A program made the position numbers and the translations under genes. The notes under the pieces are model-generated. The model was not told the origin of the DNA. It worked only from the letters and a program-made list of their open reading frames with translations, and did no database searches. From Chiloscyllium plagiosum (taxonomy: Eukaryota), in contig NC_057718.1 in NCBI RefSeq assembly GCF_004010195.1, positions 101,607,179 to 101,627,178 on the forward strand: 20,000 nt of DNA, read 5' to 3'. Below, piece by piece: positions 10,118 through 20,000 of the stretch (positions are counted from its first letter, which is position 1; each line of letters starts with the position of its first letter).

Positions 10118-10272
10118 GTAAAAGACAAGTACATGAATAGGAAAGGTTTGGAGGGACATGGTCCAAGTGCAGGCAGGTGGGTCTAGTTGAGTTTGGGATT
10201 ATGGTCAGCATGGACTGATTGGACCGAAGGGTCTGTTTCCCTGCTGTGTGACTTTATGACCTTATGACTCTT
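10118..10272 (+). mobile_element. CR1/HER1 3' tail
   Basis: ttggaccgaagggtctgtttcc...tatgac repeats; reverse complement of the 3055-3110 end. Confidence 0.8.
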
Positions 10273-10354
10273 CAGGATTGTCACCCAAAGTTAATATTTA
10301 CCACTGTTCCTGATTCTCTTCCTGACCCCTATGTAGTCTGTCAAATCTCTCTGC

Positions 10355-10690
10355 ATTGAAATGGATGTGTCATGGAGGTGGGTTCAGTTGAGGCAGTCAA
10401 GACAGCATCAGATGAGGATTTGGATAGAGATGGCGTGCAAGGCTATGGGGAGAAAGCTGGGAGATCAACACCAAGGAAGGATGCTCACTTAATGAGCCAG
10501 TGCAGGCATGATGGGCTGTAAGGCCTCTTTTTACGCTGTAACAATGCTGGGATTTTGTGAACTCCCTCAATAACAGCATTGTCTACTCCATGTGGACTGC
10601 ATTGGTGTGAGATGGTGGCTCCACACCACCTTCCATTCAGACACGAGGGAGAGTCAGTAAGTGTTAGCCGAACTTTTGGCTCATGAATGA
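10355..10690 (+). mobile_element. Degraded CR1 tail followed by old LINE 3' end
   Basis: atgggctgtaaggcctc tail, then actccctcaataacagcattg...ggactgca homologous to 1155-1400. Confidence 0.5.
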
Positions 10691-11692
10691 ATCAGTGTTT
10701 AAAAAATAATGTCCGATAGCTTCTGCCAGATAATTCTGCTCTGGGTTTTCACAAATAATTATCACTCCATTTAATGAAGTCTTAAAGCCCACAAACTGCC
10801 TCATAAAAGGTGTAGGAAGTCAAAGGAAATATCTTGCCATTAATCTTAACCGACATGAGTGTGGGTGTGGGAGCAAGACAATTTGCATAACATTGGAAGT
10901 GATGAGGAACAGTGAATGAAAATAGGGAATGAGCAACAAGTACATGGTTGTAACTGTAGGCTTATATACAAAAAGACCTGCATTGAGAGAGTGTCTTTCC
11001 AGGACACTGGATGCCCATAACATTTTTGCAGCCAGAGATGTACTTTGTGTAGTCACTGTTCTAAGACACCGCTGTTGAATGCAACTGCTGTGATGAAGGA
11101 AAGGAAAAAAAAGTAAGCATTCCTTGGAAAATAATAAACCCAAGCTTTTGCTTTTGTACAGAAATACCAATAATGTCAGGAACTATCACTTATGTTACAC
11201 GCCACAGCAGTTTACTCAAATAAATGGCATTTGAAAATGACTATGACACACTATGCAATCTGCAGCATCTGCACAAAGCTGATAATCATCCTCCCTGCTA
11301 ATAAAGTGAAAGAGAAACACAATGTTTGGAGGTTTGTGCAATGATTATCGAGATATCAATCTGTGGAAGCGAGAGAAAGTATTTGTCATTGTTGTCACAG
11401 CAGCAGTTAAGATTTTTAAAAAACTTAGTCTGCTTCATAATGCAGTAATTGTATAAGTGTGCCATTCTGAAGGTATTATTTAATGGACTTTTCTTCAAGA
11501 AATGAATCTTCAAATTTCACATTCTAATCGAATTGTACATTCCTTTTGCAAATTCAACTCCTTTTATTGTCAGTCTTTTGTGTCCTTAATGTTACCTCTG
11601 GACACTCTGCAGAGTTTCAGACCAGTCTCAAGGAATGATTGGGGCACCTGCAAATTGCAACAAACTCTACCTTTGTAAAACCAGCACAAATG

Positions 11693-11905
11693 TAAAATGC
11701 TGCAGATGCCGAAATAAAAGCGCAAAGTGCTGGGTAAACCCAGCAGGTCGGGCAGTATCTGTGGAGGGATACAGAGTTAAGATGTCAGAGCAAGTGACCA
11801 TGTAGTTGTTCTGATGAAATCTAAAGCAGTTGCTGTGTTTCTGTCCACAGCCTAACCCTCAGAGTTTTCCCAACACTTTTTGTTCTCATTGTATGCCTGC
11901 AGCAA
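11693..11905. repeat. Degraded palindromic PLE-derived element
   Basis: Left arm tgctgcagatg...cagcaggtcgggcagtatctgtggag...gagttaa; centre gttctgatgaa; right arm tttctgtccacag...ctgcagca. Confidence 0.55.
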
Positions 11906-11964
11906 ATAGATTTGTAAGTTACAGCAGTAGACCAGATGACAAAATAAAAACACCCACTTTTCCG

Positions 11965-13190
11965 TTTTGTCTTTGAAGGTTGGCATGCTAGTGCAGCAGG
12001 CAATGAGGAAAGCCAGGAGAAAGTGGGTACTGCAGATGCTGGAGATTAAAGTCAAAATTAGAGTGGTGCTGGAAAAGCACAGCAGGTCAGGCAGCTTCCG
12101 AGGAGCAGGAAAATCGACGTTTCAGGCAATGAGCTGGGAGCCTCGGGGGTGGAGAGATAAATGGGAGGCGGTGGGGCTGGGGAAAGTTAGCTAAGAGTGC
12201 AATAGGTGGATGGAGGTGGGGGTAAAGGTGATAAGTCAGAGAAAAGGGTGAAGTGGATAGGTGGGAAGGAAGATTGACAGGCGGGACAGGTCATGAGGGT
12301 GGTGCTGAGCTGGAAGGTTGGAACTAGGGTAAGGTGAGGGGAGGGGAAATGAGGAAACTGGTGAAGTCCACATTGATGCCATGGGGTTGAAGGGTTCAAA
12401 GGCGAAAGTGAGGTGTTCTACCTCCAGGCATCAGGTGGTGAGGGAGTGGCGATGGAGGAGGCCCAGGACCTGCATGTTCTCGGCTGAGTGGGAGGGGGAG
12501 TTGAATGTTCGGCCAAGGGGCAGTGGGGTTGATTGGTGTGGGGGTCCCGAAGATGAGAGAACTGGCATGCTGACCTTCATAGCAAGAGGATTTGAGTATC
12601 AGAGTAGGGATATCTTGCTGCAGTTATACAGGGCCTTGATGAGACCACATCTTCAGTACTGTGTGCAGTTTTGGTTTCCGGGTCTGAGGAAGGACATTCT
12701 TGCTATTGAGGGAGTCCAGAGAAGGTTCACCAGACTGACTCCCGGGATGGCAGGAGTGACATATGAAGAAAGGCTTAACTGGGCTTCTACTCACTGGACT
12801 TTAGAAGAATCCTGGATTTATACAATCCTGATAGGAGTGGACACGCTAGATGGGGAAGCATGTTCCTGATGTTGGGGAAGACCAGAACTAGGGGTCACAG
12901 TCTCAGAATAAAGGGTAAGCCATTCAGGACTGTGATGAGGAGGAATTTCCTCACCCAGAGATTGTGAACCTGTAGAATTCTCTCCCACAGGAAGCTGTTG
13001 GTGCCAGTTCATTAGATATATTCAAGAGGGAACCGGACATGGCCCTGTGGCTAATGGGATCAAGGGGGATGGAGAGAAAGTGGGAACGGGATACAGAAAT
13101 CGCTTGCTCAGCCATGATCAAATTGAATGGGTGTTGCAGACTCGAAGGGCCGAATGGCCTACTCCTACACCTATTTTCTATGATTCCATG
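11965..13190 (+). mobile_element. CR1 LINE 3' portion, interrupted by a Penelope fragment at 12015-12555
   Basis: GMLTFIARGFEYQSRDILLQLYRALMRPHLQYCVQFWFPGLRKDILAIEGVQRRFTRL from about 12560; the upstream piece gcagcaggcaatgaggaaagc joins tggcatgctgaccttc as in the intact copy at 13375-13410. Confidence 0.85.
12015..12555 (-). mobile_element. Penelope-like element 3' fragment with GIY-YIG endonuclease C-terminal remnant
   Basis: Minus strand 12555-12346 reads HLRDPHTNQPHCPLAEH/..NSPSHSAENMQVLGLLHRHSLTT*CLEVEHLTFRL/..TLQPHGINVDFTSFLIS with frameshifts and a stop; followed by the terminal repeat. Confidence 0.85.
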
Positions 13191-13344
13191 TACTAACCCC
13201 TTGACCACAACCAGTTAAGCTATGTGTTTTAACTGGTCTGTTAGACTAGTTCTGTATTGGAATATGGTGTAGTTTGCAGGAAACGTGCCTCAGAAATTGC
13301 AAACTGGTGTCATATCCCAGCTTACTGAGTGTTCTGGTTAATTG

Positions 13345-14040
13345 GTGACTGAAAGCTAGCAATCAGCTGCATCAAGCAACGAGGAAGGCAAATGGTATGT
13401 TGGCCTTCATCTCAAGGGGATTGGAGAACAGGAGTAAAGAGAACTGATTGATTGCTATTGTATCAAGCCTTACCGAGAGTATGGTAAACGGTCTTGATCT
13501 CCTTATCCAAGCAAAGAGAAACTAAGTACAGAGAGAGAGTTTCAACAGAAATTCACCAGACTAATTCCTGGGATGACAGGATTGTTTTATGAGGAGAGAT
13601 TTTGCAAACTGGGTTGCTACTCTCTGAAGCTTAGAAGAATGGGAGGAGATCTAACTGAGGTATAAGGGATAGTAAAGGGTATTGATAAGGTAGATATAGA
13701 AAGAATATTTACTCGACAGGGCAACCTGGAACGAGAGGTCACAATTTTAAGGTAAGAGGTAGCAGGTTTAGAAGAGAGGTGAGGAGAAGTTACTTCTCTC
13801 ACAGCGTTGTGAGTCTGTGGAATTCACTCCCTCAGAGCGTGGTGGGCGCTGCGATATTGAGTAAACCTGAGGAGGAGAAAGACAGGTTTTATTTAGAAAT
13901 GAGTTGAAGAGTTCTGCGGAGCAGGCAGGAAAGTGGAGGTGAGAGCTGAGACGGGTCAATCAGCCAGGATCATACAAAATGGTGGAGCAGGCTTGAGGGG
14001 CTGAATGGCCTCTTCCTGTTCTTATTTCAAATGTTCTTGT
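13345..14040 (+). mobile_element. CR1 LINE 3' portion, degraded
   Basis: aaggcaaatggtatgttggccttcat...ttcaccagactaattcctgggatg...ggggctgaatggcctcttcctgttc. Confidence 0.85.
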
Positions 14041-14069
14041 ACACCCGAGACTAGTCTCCACAAATGAGA

Positions 14070-14225
14070 GCTGATCCTATTGAAGCGTATAAAATTCTTA
14101 TAGAAGGATGCTTCCTTTGCCTGGTGAGCCTGAGACAGCCTCAGAATATGATGCAGGCCATTTCAGACAGTGATGGGGAGGAATTCCTTTCAGTCAGAGG
14201 GTGCTAAATCTTTGGAATTCTGCAA
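14070..14225 (+). mobile_element. CR1 internal fragment
   Basis: attgaagcgtataaaattctt...cagcctcagaata...ctttggaattct. Confidence 0.6.
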
Positions 14226-14457
14226 TGCATGGATTTCCTCTGGGTGCTCTGGTTTCCTCCCACAGTCCAAAGGTGTGCAGGTCAGGGTGAATTGGCCGTG
14301 CTAAATTGCCCATAGTATTCAGGGATGTGTAGGTTAGGTGCATAAGTCAGAGGTAAATATAGGGTAGGGGAATGGGTCTGGGTGGGTTACTCTTCAGAGG
14401 GTTGGTGTGGACTTGTTGGGCTGAAGGGCCTGTTTCCACACTGTGGGGATTCTGATA
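14226..14457 (+). mobile_element. 5'-truncated HE1-type V-SINE
   Basis: tttcctctgggtgctctggtttcctcccacagtccaaa...gggcctgtttccacactgt. Confidence 0.85.
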
Positions 14458-14563
14458 TGGAGGTGGTGAAGAGAAAGTGGCTCTGGGAGTAACAAACCAT
14501 AGACACAACAGCATGTGGCAGCAGTTAGCACACACGCATCAGGCTTTGTTCAATAAAACCTTG

Positions 14564-15051
14564 TTCAGGAATGAGGAAAGTGTGTCCAGCAGGCTAAGAT
14601 AAAAGGTAGGGAGGAGGGACTTGGGAGGGGCGTTGGAAATGCGATAGGTGGAAGGAGGTCAAGGTGAGGGTGATAGGTCAGACTGGGGTGGTGGCGGAGA
14701 GGTCAGGAAGAAGATTGCAGGTTAGGAAGGCGGTGCTNNNNNNNNNNNNNNNNNNNNNNNNNNNNNNNNNNNNNNNNNNNNNNNNNNNNNNNNNNNNNNN
14801 NNNNNNNNNNNNNNNNNNNNNNNNNNNNNNNNNNNNNNNTTCCACCTATCGCATTTCCAATGCCCCTCCCCCAAGTCCCTCCTCCCTACCTTTTATCTTA
14901 GCCTGCTGGACACACTTTCCTCATTCCTGAAGAAGGGCTTATGCCCAAAATATCGATTCTCCTGTTCCTTGGATGTTGTCTGACCTGCTGCGCTTTTCCA
15001 GCAACACATTTTCAGCTCTGATCTCCAGCATCTGCAGTCCTCACTTTCTCC
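14564..15051. mobile_element. Penelope-like insertion with inverted terminal arrangement, spanning an assembly gap
   Basis: Direct repeat tcaataaaaccttg at 14550-14563 and 15052-15065; 14564-14653 is a near-perfect reverse complement of 14840-14931. Confidence 0.85.
14738..14839. other. Assembly gap (102 N)
   Basis: Run of N in the sequence. Confidence 1.
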
Positions 15052-15146
15052 TCAATAAAACCTTGGCCTGGTTTGATTTTTGGAGCAAGCTAACTTCCTA
15101 AAACAGGCATCATGGGGTACCTTAGAGACCTGCTGACTATCTCTTC

Positions 15147-15255
15147 TGGCACAGTGGTATTATCCCTATCTCTGAGCCAGGGGACCCAGATTCAAGTCCC
15201 ACCTGCTCCAGAGATGTGTAATGACATCTCTGAACAGCTTGATTTAATAACATCC
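15147..15255 (+). mobile_element. tRNA-derived SINE head
   Basis: tggcacagtggta...ctctgagccaggggacccagattcaagtccc; A/B-box-like, related to 7135-7363. Confidence 0.6.
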
Positions 15256-15466
15256 ATGCCCCTGTTGAGATCAGACAGACTGGAGACCACCAGGTTTAAA
15301 CTCGGTGGGGGGGAGGGAGGTGGGCAGTGCTGAGTCTGGGAGAGTCCCATCAGGTGGAATGGGGAGGGGGTGATTAACCCAGGCATGACAGTAGTAATTG
15401 TTAAGGACCAGACCAAACCCTGTCAAAATATATTAAGAAGATAGACTTGACCCAAACTTTTTCTTA

Positions 15467-16271
15467 TGTGATGATGCGAGGTCGTAAAGGCAGAGGTGCT
15501 GAAATGTCTCAGAAAGAGCCTTGTTTAACAATAGCAGGGGAGTGGCCAGTTCTCTCAGTTTAGGTTTTTTCTAGTTTGGTTTTAGTTGTAGTGGAGAAAC
15601 TGCTGGTAGCAGTCACAGCAGCTGATACAAACAAAAGGTTTCATGCTTCAGCAGAAGATTCTTGACTGGCTTCTCTCTCTGAACTCTCTTCTGCCTGTAA
15701 TTACCTGTGTTTGAATTTGCCTTTTTGCCAAGGGGTGCGTTTATGAGATATTGCAGGGATTGGAATAGCTCCTCAGTTAAGCTGTTGTACCGTGTTGGAT
15801 GCATTTTCAAATAGTTATTCTTAATAAATTTTGTTTTGCTTAAAGCTGACTGGTTTGACCAGCTGCATCACTCCTGGAATATCCACTTCACATCTGCAGC
15901 ATGGTGGCTTAGTGGTTAGCACTGCTGCCTCACAGTGCCAGGGACCCAGGTTCAATTCCCGCCCTGGACGACTGTCTGTGTGGATTTTGCATATTCTCCC
16001 TGTGTCTGCATGGGTTTCCTTCAGGTGCTCTGGTTTCCTCCCGGAGGTCAGATGAATTGGTCATGCTAAATTGCATAGAGTTAGATGCATTAATCAGGGG
16101 TAAGTATAGGGTAGGGGATTGGGTCTGGGTCAGTTACTCTTTGGAGGGTCAGTGTGGACTTGTTGGGCCAAATGGCCTGTTTCCATACTATGGAGAATCT
16201 AAACTAATCTTTAAATTAAGAAAAGGTAGGATCTAGACTACCTTCTTGAAATATTTTGAAGGGGTCTGGCC
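15467..16271 (+). mobile_element. Related solo-LTR-like element (inner, opposite orientation), itself interrupted by a SINE
   Basis: Starts TGTGATG; AATAAA at 15823-15828; its end 16217-16271 is an imperfect reverse complement of 15410-15466. Right boundary is not clean. Confidence 0.5.
15896..16210 (+). mobile_element. Near full-length HE1-type V-SINE
   Basis: gtggcttagtggttagcactgctgcctcacag...ggttcaattccc head, V-domain, and tail ggcctgtttcc...aatctaaactaatct. Confidence 0.9.
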
Positions 16272-17029
16272 TTATCTTAAAGGTAAGGTGTTTATAAGGT
16301 GTTGCATTCCAGATGCAACTCAATTGTTCGATTTGAAGCAAAACATGCTTTATTTTTACACAACAGTTAAAATACAGGCAAAATAAAAGGAGAGAATTGG
16401 CTTAACTGTAATTCTATTGTAATGCTTAACAAAATAATAAATATCTTAACTACTACTATTTAACTGTTACAATATTGTAACATCCCATAAGCACACCCTT
16501 GGGAAAGGCAAATTCAGTAAAATAGTTTGTCTCACATACAATTCTAACTGCAGAAAGCTAAAACTAAAAATTCTGGCTCTGTGGGAGCTTGACCCCACCC
16601 ATTCAGGCTGCTTCTATTGTTCCAACTTTAAAAACAAAACCCAAGGCCTACAGCTGTTTACTTTATTGGCTTGAGTAGACGGCTTGATACCTCTGTCTCA
16701 ACTATTCTTCCTAAAAGATCAGGTCAAAATAGACCTCTTGAAGCTATAGTAATGTCACATAATCCTTCTTCAAGACCCCTTTCCCTTCCACCTCAATGAG
16801 GTCAACAATATTCTTCACAATAAATATGAGTTTTACCTTTCACTTTGTGTTAAGTTAAATAAAGAACACTTAGGGACCAAGGTTTTAGGTTTCACTGAAT
16901 GGAATGCCTTGAGTTGAATTTTCCATTGAGCTGACTGATCACATTGGATCATAAGAAATAGCAGCAGAAGCAGGCCCCTGGAACCTACTCCACCAGTCAA
17001 TAAAATCCTATCTGTCCCCATCGCCCTAA

Positions 17030-17350
17030 TTCAGTTTGGATAGGTTCAGGTTGTGTTCCTTAGAGCAGAGGAGGCTGAGGGGTCTTCGTTGAGATGTGCA
17101 AAGTTCTGACGTAATATAGATTATGAGAAAGCTTAGTACAGTTGTTAATAATACAGTTTTAAGGTAAGGAGCAAGAAGGGATTTGGGGAAGTTTGTTTTA
17201 CCCAAAGGGCATTGAAGAAATATTTAGATGAACACTTCAGCCAAGGCTACAGTCCAAATGCTGGAAAAAAGGATGAGAAGAGATGGGTGTTTGAATACCG
17301 ATCAGACATGATTGGCCTTTTCCATGTTGTTAAAAGGCTGGAGGATTCTA
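17030..17350 (+). mobile_element. Internally deleted CR1 3' fragment
   Basis: ttccttagagcagaggaggctgagggg...aaatatttagatgaacactt; homologous to 18560-18880. Confidence 0.65.
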
Positions 17351-17589
17351 TTGAAGTAAGATGACCAAACTGTCCACTGTTGCACTATTTTACATTGACA
17401 ACTTACCAGGTCTCACTTGCCCAGAAACACGGTGGTATAAACAATGGGGCAATGCTTCTGAATGCCTTCGGTACCTGCTTTCACCTCAGCAGACAGGAGA
17501 GGAGTCAGAATTCTCACTGGTTTGTATAGTACCAATGCAGAGGGAGAGTTCCCAGATTCTGATCCCAGCCACGTGGTCAGCAATTTAAA

Positions 17590-17840
17590 AATAAGAATTC
17601 TATAAGATTGAGTGATGGAAACAGGGGACATTTCTTCACATACAAATTCCTTAAACTCTGGAAAAACCCAGCCTCAAAACAAGAGACTTTTTAAAAGCTA
17701 ACGTTTGGCCAAAGAGGACTGATTTGCAAGGTTATGGGAAAAAAGCAGGGGCTTGGGACTAAATTGGGTAGCATTATATAAAGAGTGAGTATAGCCACGA
17801 CAGATCGATTGGCCTCCCACTGTGTTGGATCATTCGATTT
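17590..17840 (+). mobile_element. Highly degraded CR1 3' fragment
   Basis: tttcttcaca...caaggttatggg...gattggcctcc tail motifs. Confidence 0.45.
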
Positions 17841-18559
17841 GTAGCTTGTCCACTAAATACCAGTTTGCTCGGCAGAACAGAATTGATGAGTTTGTGAAAA
17901 TTCATTTCTCCCTGGCCCTCCGGGGTTAATAAATGTATTACCGTCTTGTCTGCTGCAAAATAAATTACCTTTCAAAAGCAACTAGTTTGAGGGTCAGTCT
18001 ACATCAACCAAAAAGATCGGTCTGAATGTACATATTGTGCACAGGTGTTACATCAAGAAGGAAATTAAAGATGTTTCCAAGGAAATGACTTATTTACTGA
18101 TGTACGGCACTAATTATTCTGCCAATATTTTTGAAATTCTGTCGCTTCGATTAAAATAATTCTGCTACCCATCAACAATCCACATTCGGCCATTACTGAC
18201 ATCACATTTTGTTTATCACTCTCTGGTGATTATGGTTTTTCAACGTTTGTGAAAGTATTGTTCATAGCTTATCAAATCAAATAATCATAAATTGTAGCTA
18301 CAAGAACAGATCAGAGGCTGAGAATCAGTTAACAGGCTATTGCTAAGCAAGTGCAGCTTCATAGCATTGTCAATGATGCCTTCCATTACTTTGTCATTGT
18401 TTAGCAGTAAGTGAATAGGTTGGGATTGTCCTGACTTTTGTGGATAAGGACAGTTTTCCACGTTTTCACGTAGGTGCCAATGTTGTAGCTGTACTGGAAT
18501 GGTTTGGCTAAGGCACAGCCAGTTCTGGAGCACAAAATCTTCAGTGCTGTTGCCAATAT

Positions 18560-18880
18560 CTGTATACGGTTCTGGTCGCCATACTATAGGAAGGATGTCG
18601 TTACACTAGAGAGGAGATTCACTAGGCTGAAATAGTTCAGCTATGAAGAGAGACTGGATAGGCTGAGGTTGTGTTCCTTAGACTATAGAAGGCTGAGGGG
18701 GACTTCGCTGAGATATGCAAAGTTCTGAGGTAATGTAGAGGGGATTTGAGGAAGGTTGTTTTTACTCAAAGGGTTATGGAGACAGAAACCCTCAACCCTT
18801 TGAACACTTAAGATGTTGAATAAATATTTGGATGAACATTTGACTTGCCACTGCATCCAAGGCTATGGAACATTGAATTA
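18560..18880 (+). mobile_element. Internally deleted CR1 fragment inserted in the old LINE
   Basis: ttctggtcgccatactataggaaggatgtc (FWSPYYRKDV) and agctatgaagagagactggataggctg (SYEERLDRL). Confidence 0.8.
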
Positions 18881-18974
18881 GAATGCTGATGCCAATACTC
18901 TTTGCAGTAACCAGTGCCTTCAGCCATTTCTTAATGTCAAGAGGAGTGAATCAAATTTTAAATTGCAAGATGAA

Positions 18975-19355
18975 GAGTCATAGACACCAACAGCACAGAA
19001 AATTACCCTTTGGCCCATCGTCTCCACTCTAGTCAAACCAACCACTTAACTATTCTAATCCCAGTTTCCAATACTTGGCCCATAGCCTTGATGCCTTGAT
19101 ATTGCAAATATACATCTAAATATTGTTTCAAGACTTTATGAGGGTTTTGTGGGTTTCTGCCTCTCCCACCCTTACAGGAAGTGAGTTCCAAATTCCCACC
19201 ACCCTCTGGGTGAGAAGTTGTCCTCACATCCCGTTTAAACTCCCGTCCCTTACATTAAATCTATGTCACCTCCCCCCCTCCTTCCCCACCCCTGGGTCAT
19301 TGTACCCTCCACCAAGGGGAAAGGCTTCTTCCTGTATACCCTGTCTATGCCCTTT
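18975..19355 (-). mobile_element. CR1 3' fragment inserted in the old LINE
   Basis: agtcatagacacc...ccctttggcccatcg...gagttccaaattcccaccaccctctgggtgag...accctgtctatgccc. Confidence 0.8.
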
Positions 19356-19750
19356 GCCTGTTTGAATTCTATCCTATTCAGCATAGTGGCAGTGGCTCAC
19401 AGTGTGAGTGAAGGTATCCACAGTTTGAAGATGGGATTTTGTCTCCACAAGGACTGTGTGGTGGTCACTTCTACTGATAAAAACATGGACAGATGCATCT
19501 GCAACAGGCAGATTGCTGAAGATGAAGTCAAGTATGTTTTTCTGTCTTGTTGGTTCACTCTCCAGCTGCTACGGACCCAGCCTAGCAGTTAAGTCCTGGT
19601 AAGACCTGACCAGCTCAGTCAGTACTGCTGGTACTGGTGAGGTATCTTGGTAATGGGCATTGGAATCTCCCACTCGCTTCTGTGCCCCTGCCACCCTCAG
19701 CGCTTCCTCCAAGTTTTTACCTAGTTGATCCTGCGAATCCTCTTGCAAGA

Positions 19751-20000
19751 ATGCCTGCCTTGAAGAAGTTTTCCTTCTCTCTCTACAAGAATCTCAGGGA
19801 GTTCCTCTCCCACTGCAACTCCCAGGTCATTTCATCTGCCCTGAAGCTCTTCAACCATGTCCTGAAACAAACTTGGTACCACAGCCACATTTGCTTCCTC
19901 AGTGCCTGCCTCCGTAACCAACTCATCCCACACGGACTCCGGACCACCTTTAAACCAGCAGAGTTCGGACCCGAACAGGACAAACAGTACAGACTACAGA
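19751..20000 (+). mobile_element. 5' start of a Penelope-like element ORF (partial, runs off the window)
   Basis: ATG at 19751, 83 codons without a stop: MPALKKFSFSLYKNLREFLSHCNSQVISSALKLFNHVLKQTWYHSHICFLSACLRNQLIPHGLRTTFKPAEFGPEQDKQYRLQ. The H..FL..C.....IP.GL motif is characteristic of PLE N-termini. Confidence 0.75.

Larger units (their letters stand above)
15399..16759 (-). mobile_element. Solo-LTR-like element (outer), interrupted at about 15467-16271
   Basis: TGTTA...TGTCACA termini; 4-bp TSD TAAT at 15395-15398 and 16760-16763; minus-strand AATAAA (tttatt at 16349-16354). Confidence 0.65.
18300..19712 (-). mobile_element. Old APE/RT LINE ORF2 remnant in three pieces (about 18300-18558, 18885-18970, 19360-19712)
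   Basis: Minus-strand peptides: PTRQKNILDFIFSNLPVADASVHVFISRSDHHTVLVETK (APE C-terminal SDH motif), FTPLDIKKWLKALVTAK, LAKPFQYSYNIG and KVMEGIIDNAMKLHLLSNSLLTDSQ (RT start), in colinear order. Confidence 0.8.

Noticed and set aside
12381..12869. 162-aa ORF as a host gene
   Set aside because: Chimera of antisense Penelope and CR1 ORF2 sequence.
14664..14930. 88-aa ORF
   Set aside because: Artefact of translating across the N gap.
15399..16280. Apparent MITE with about 65-bp TIRs
   Set aside because: The TSD and TG...CA ends define a larger element to 16759; nested opposite LTRs explain the inversion better.
1..20000. CRISPR arrays, operons or other prokaryotic systems
   Set aside because: No repeat-spacer periodicity or gene-dense coding; the sequence is vertebrate intronic DNA.

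Overview
Eukaryotic, repeat-rich intronic DNA. The repeat families (HE1-type V-SINEs, CR1/HER1-type LINE tails, Penelope-like elements) point to a cartilaginous fish, probably a shark; this is inferred from recall, not a search. The only host coding sequence I can support is one 82-nt exon (8544-8625, +) of a MACROD1/MACROD2 macrodomain ADP-ribose hydrolase. The rest is AT-rich unique islands and layered retroelement debris: many CR1 fragments, an older fragmented APE/RT LINE, tRNA-derived SINEs, a nested pair of solo-LTR-like elements with a 4-bp TSD, and Penelope-like (PLE) pieces. The PLE pieces include a GIY-YIG remnant, an inverted-terminus insertion with a 14-bp TSD, an uninterrupted ORF start at the right edge, and short palindromic derivatives. 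The most interesting signal is minimal hammerhead-ribozyme-like cores (CUGANGA-A-helix II-GAAA) in the PLE termini, placed on opposite strands of long hairpin elements. PLE hammerheads are known in general, so I see no clearly new biological system. Repeat boundaries are approximate unless a TSD is given.
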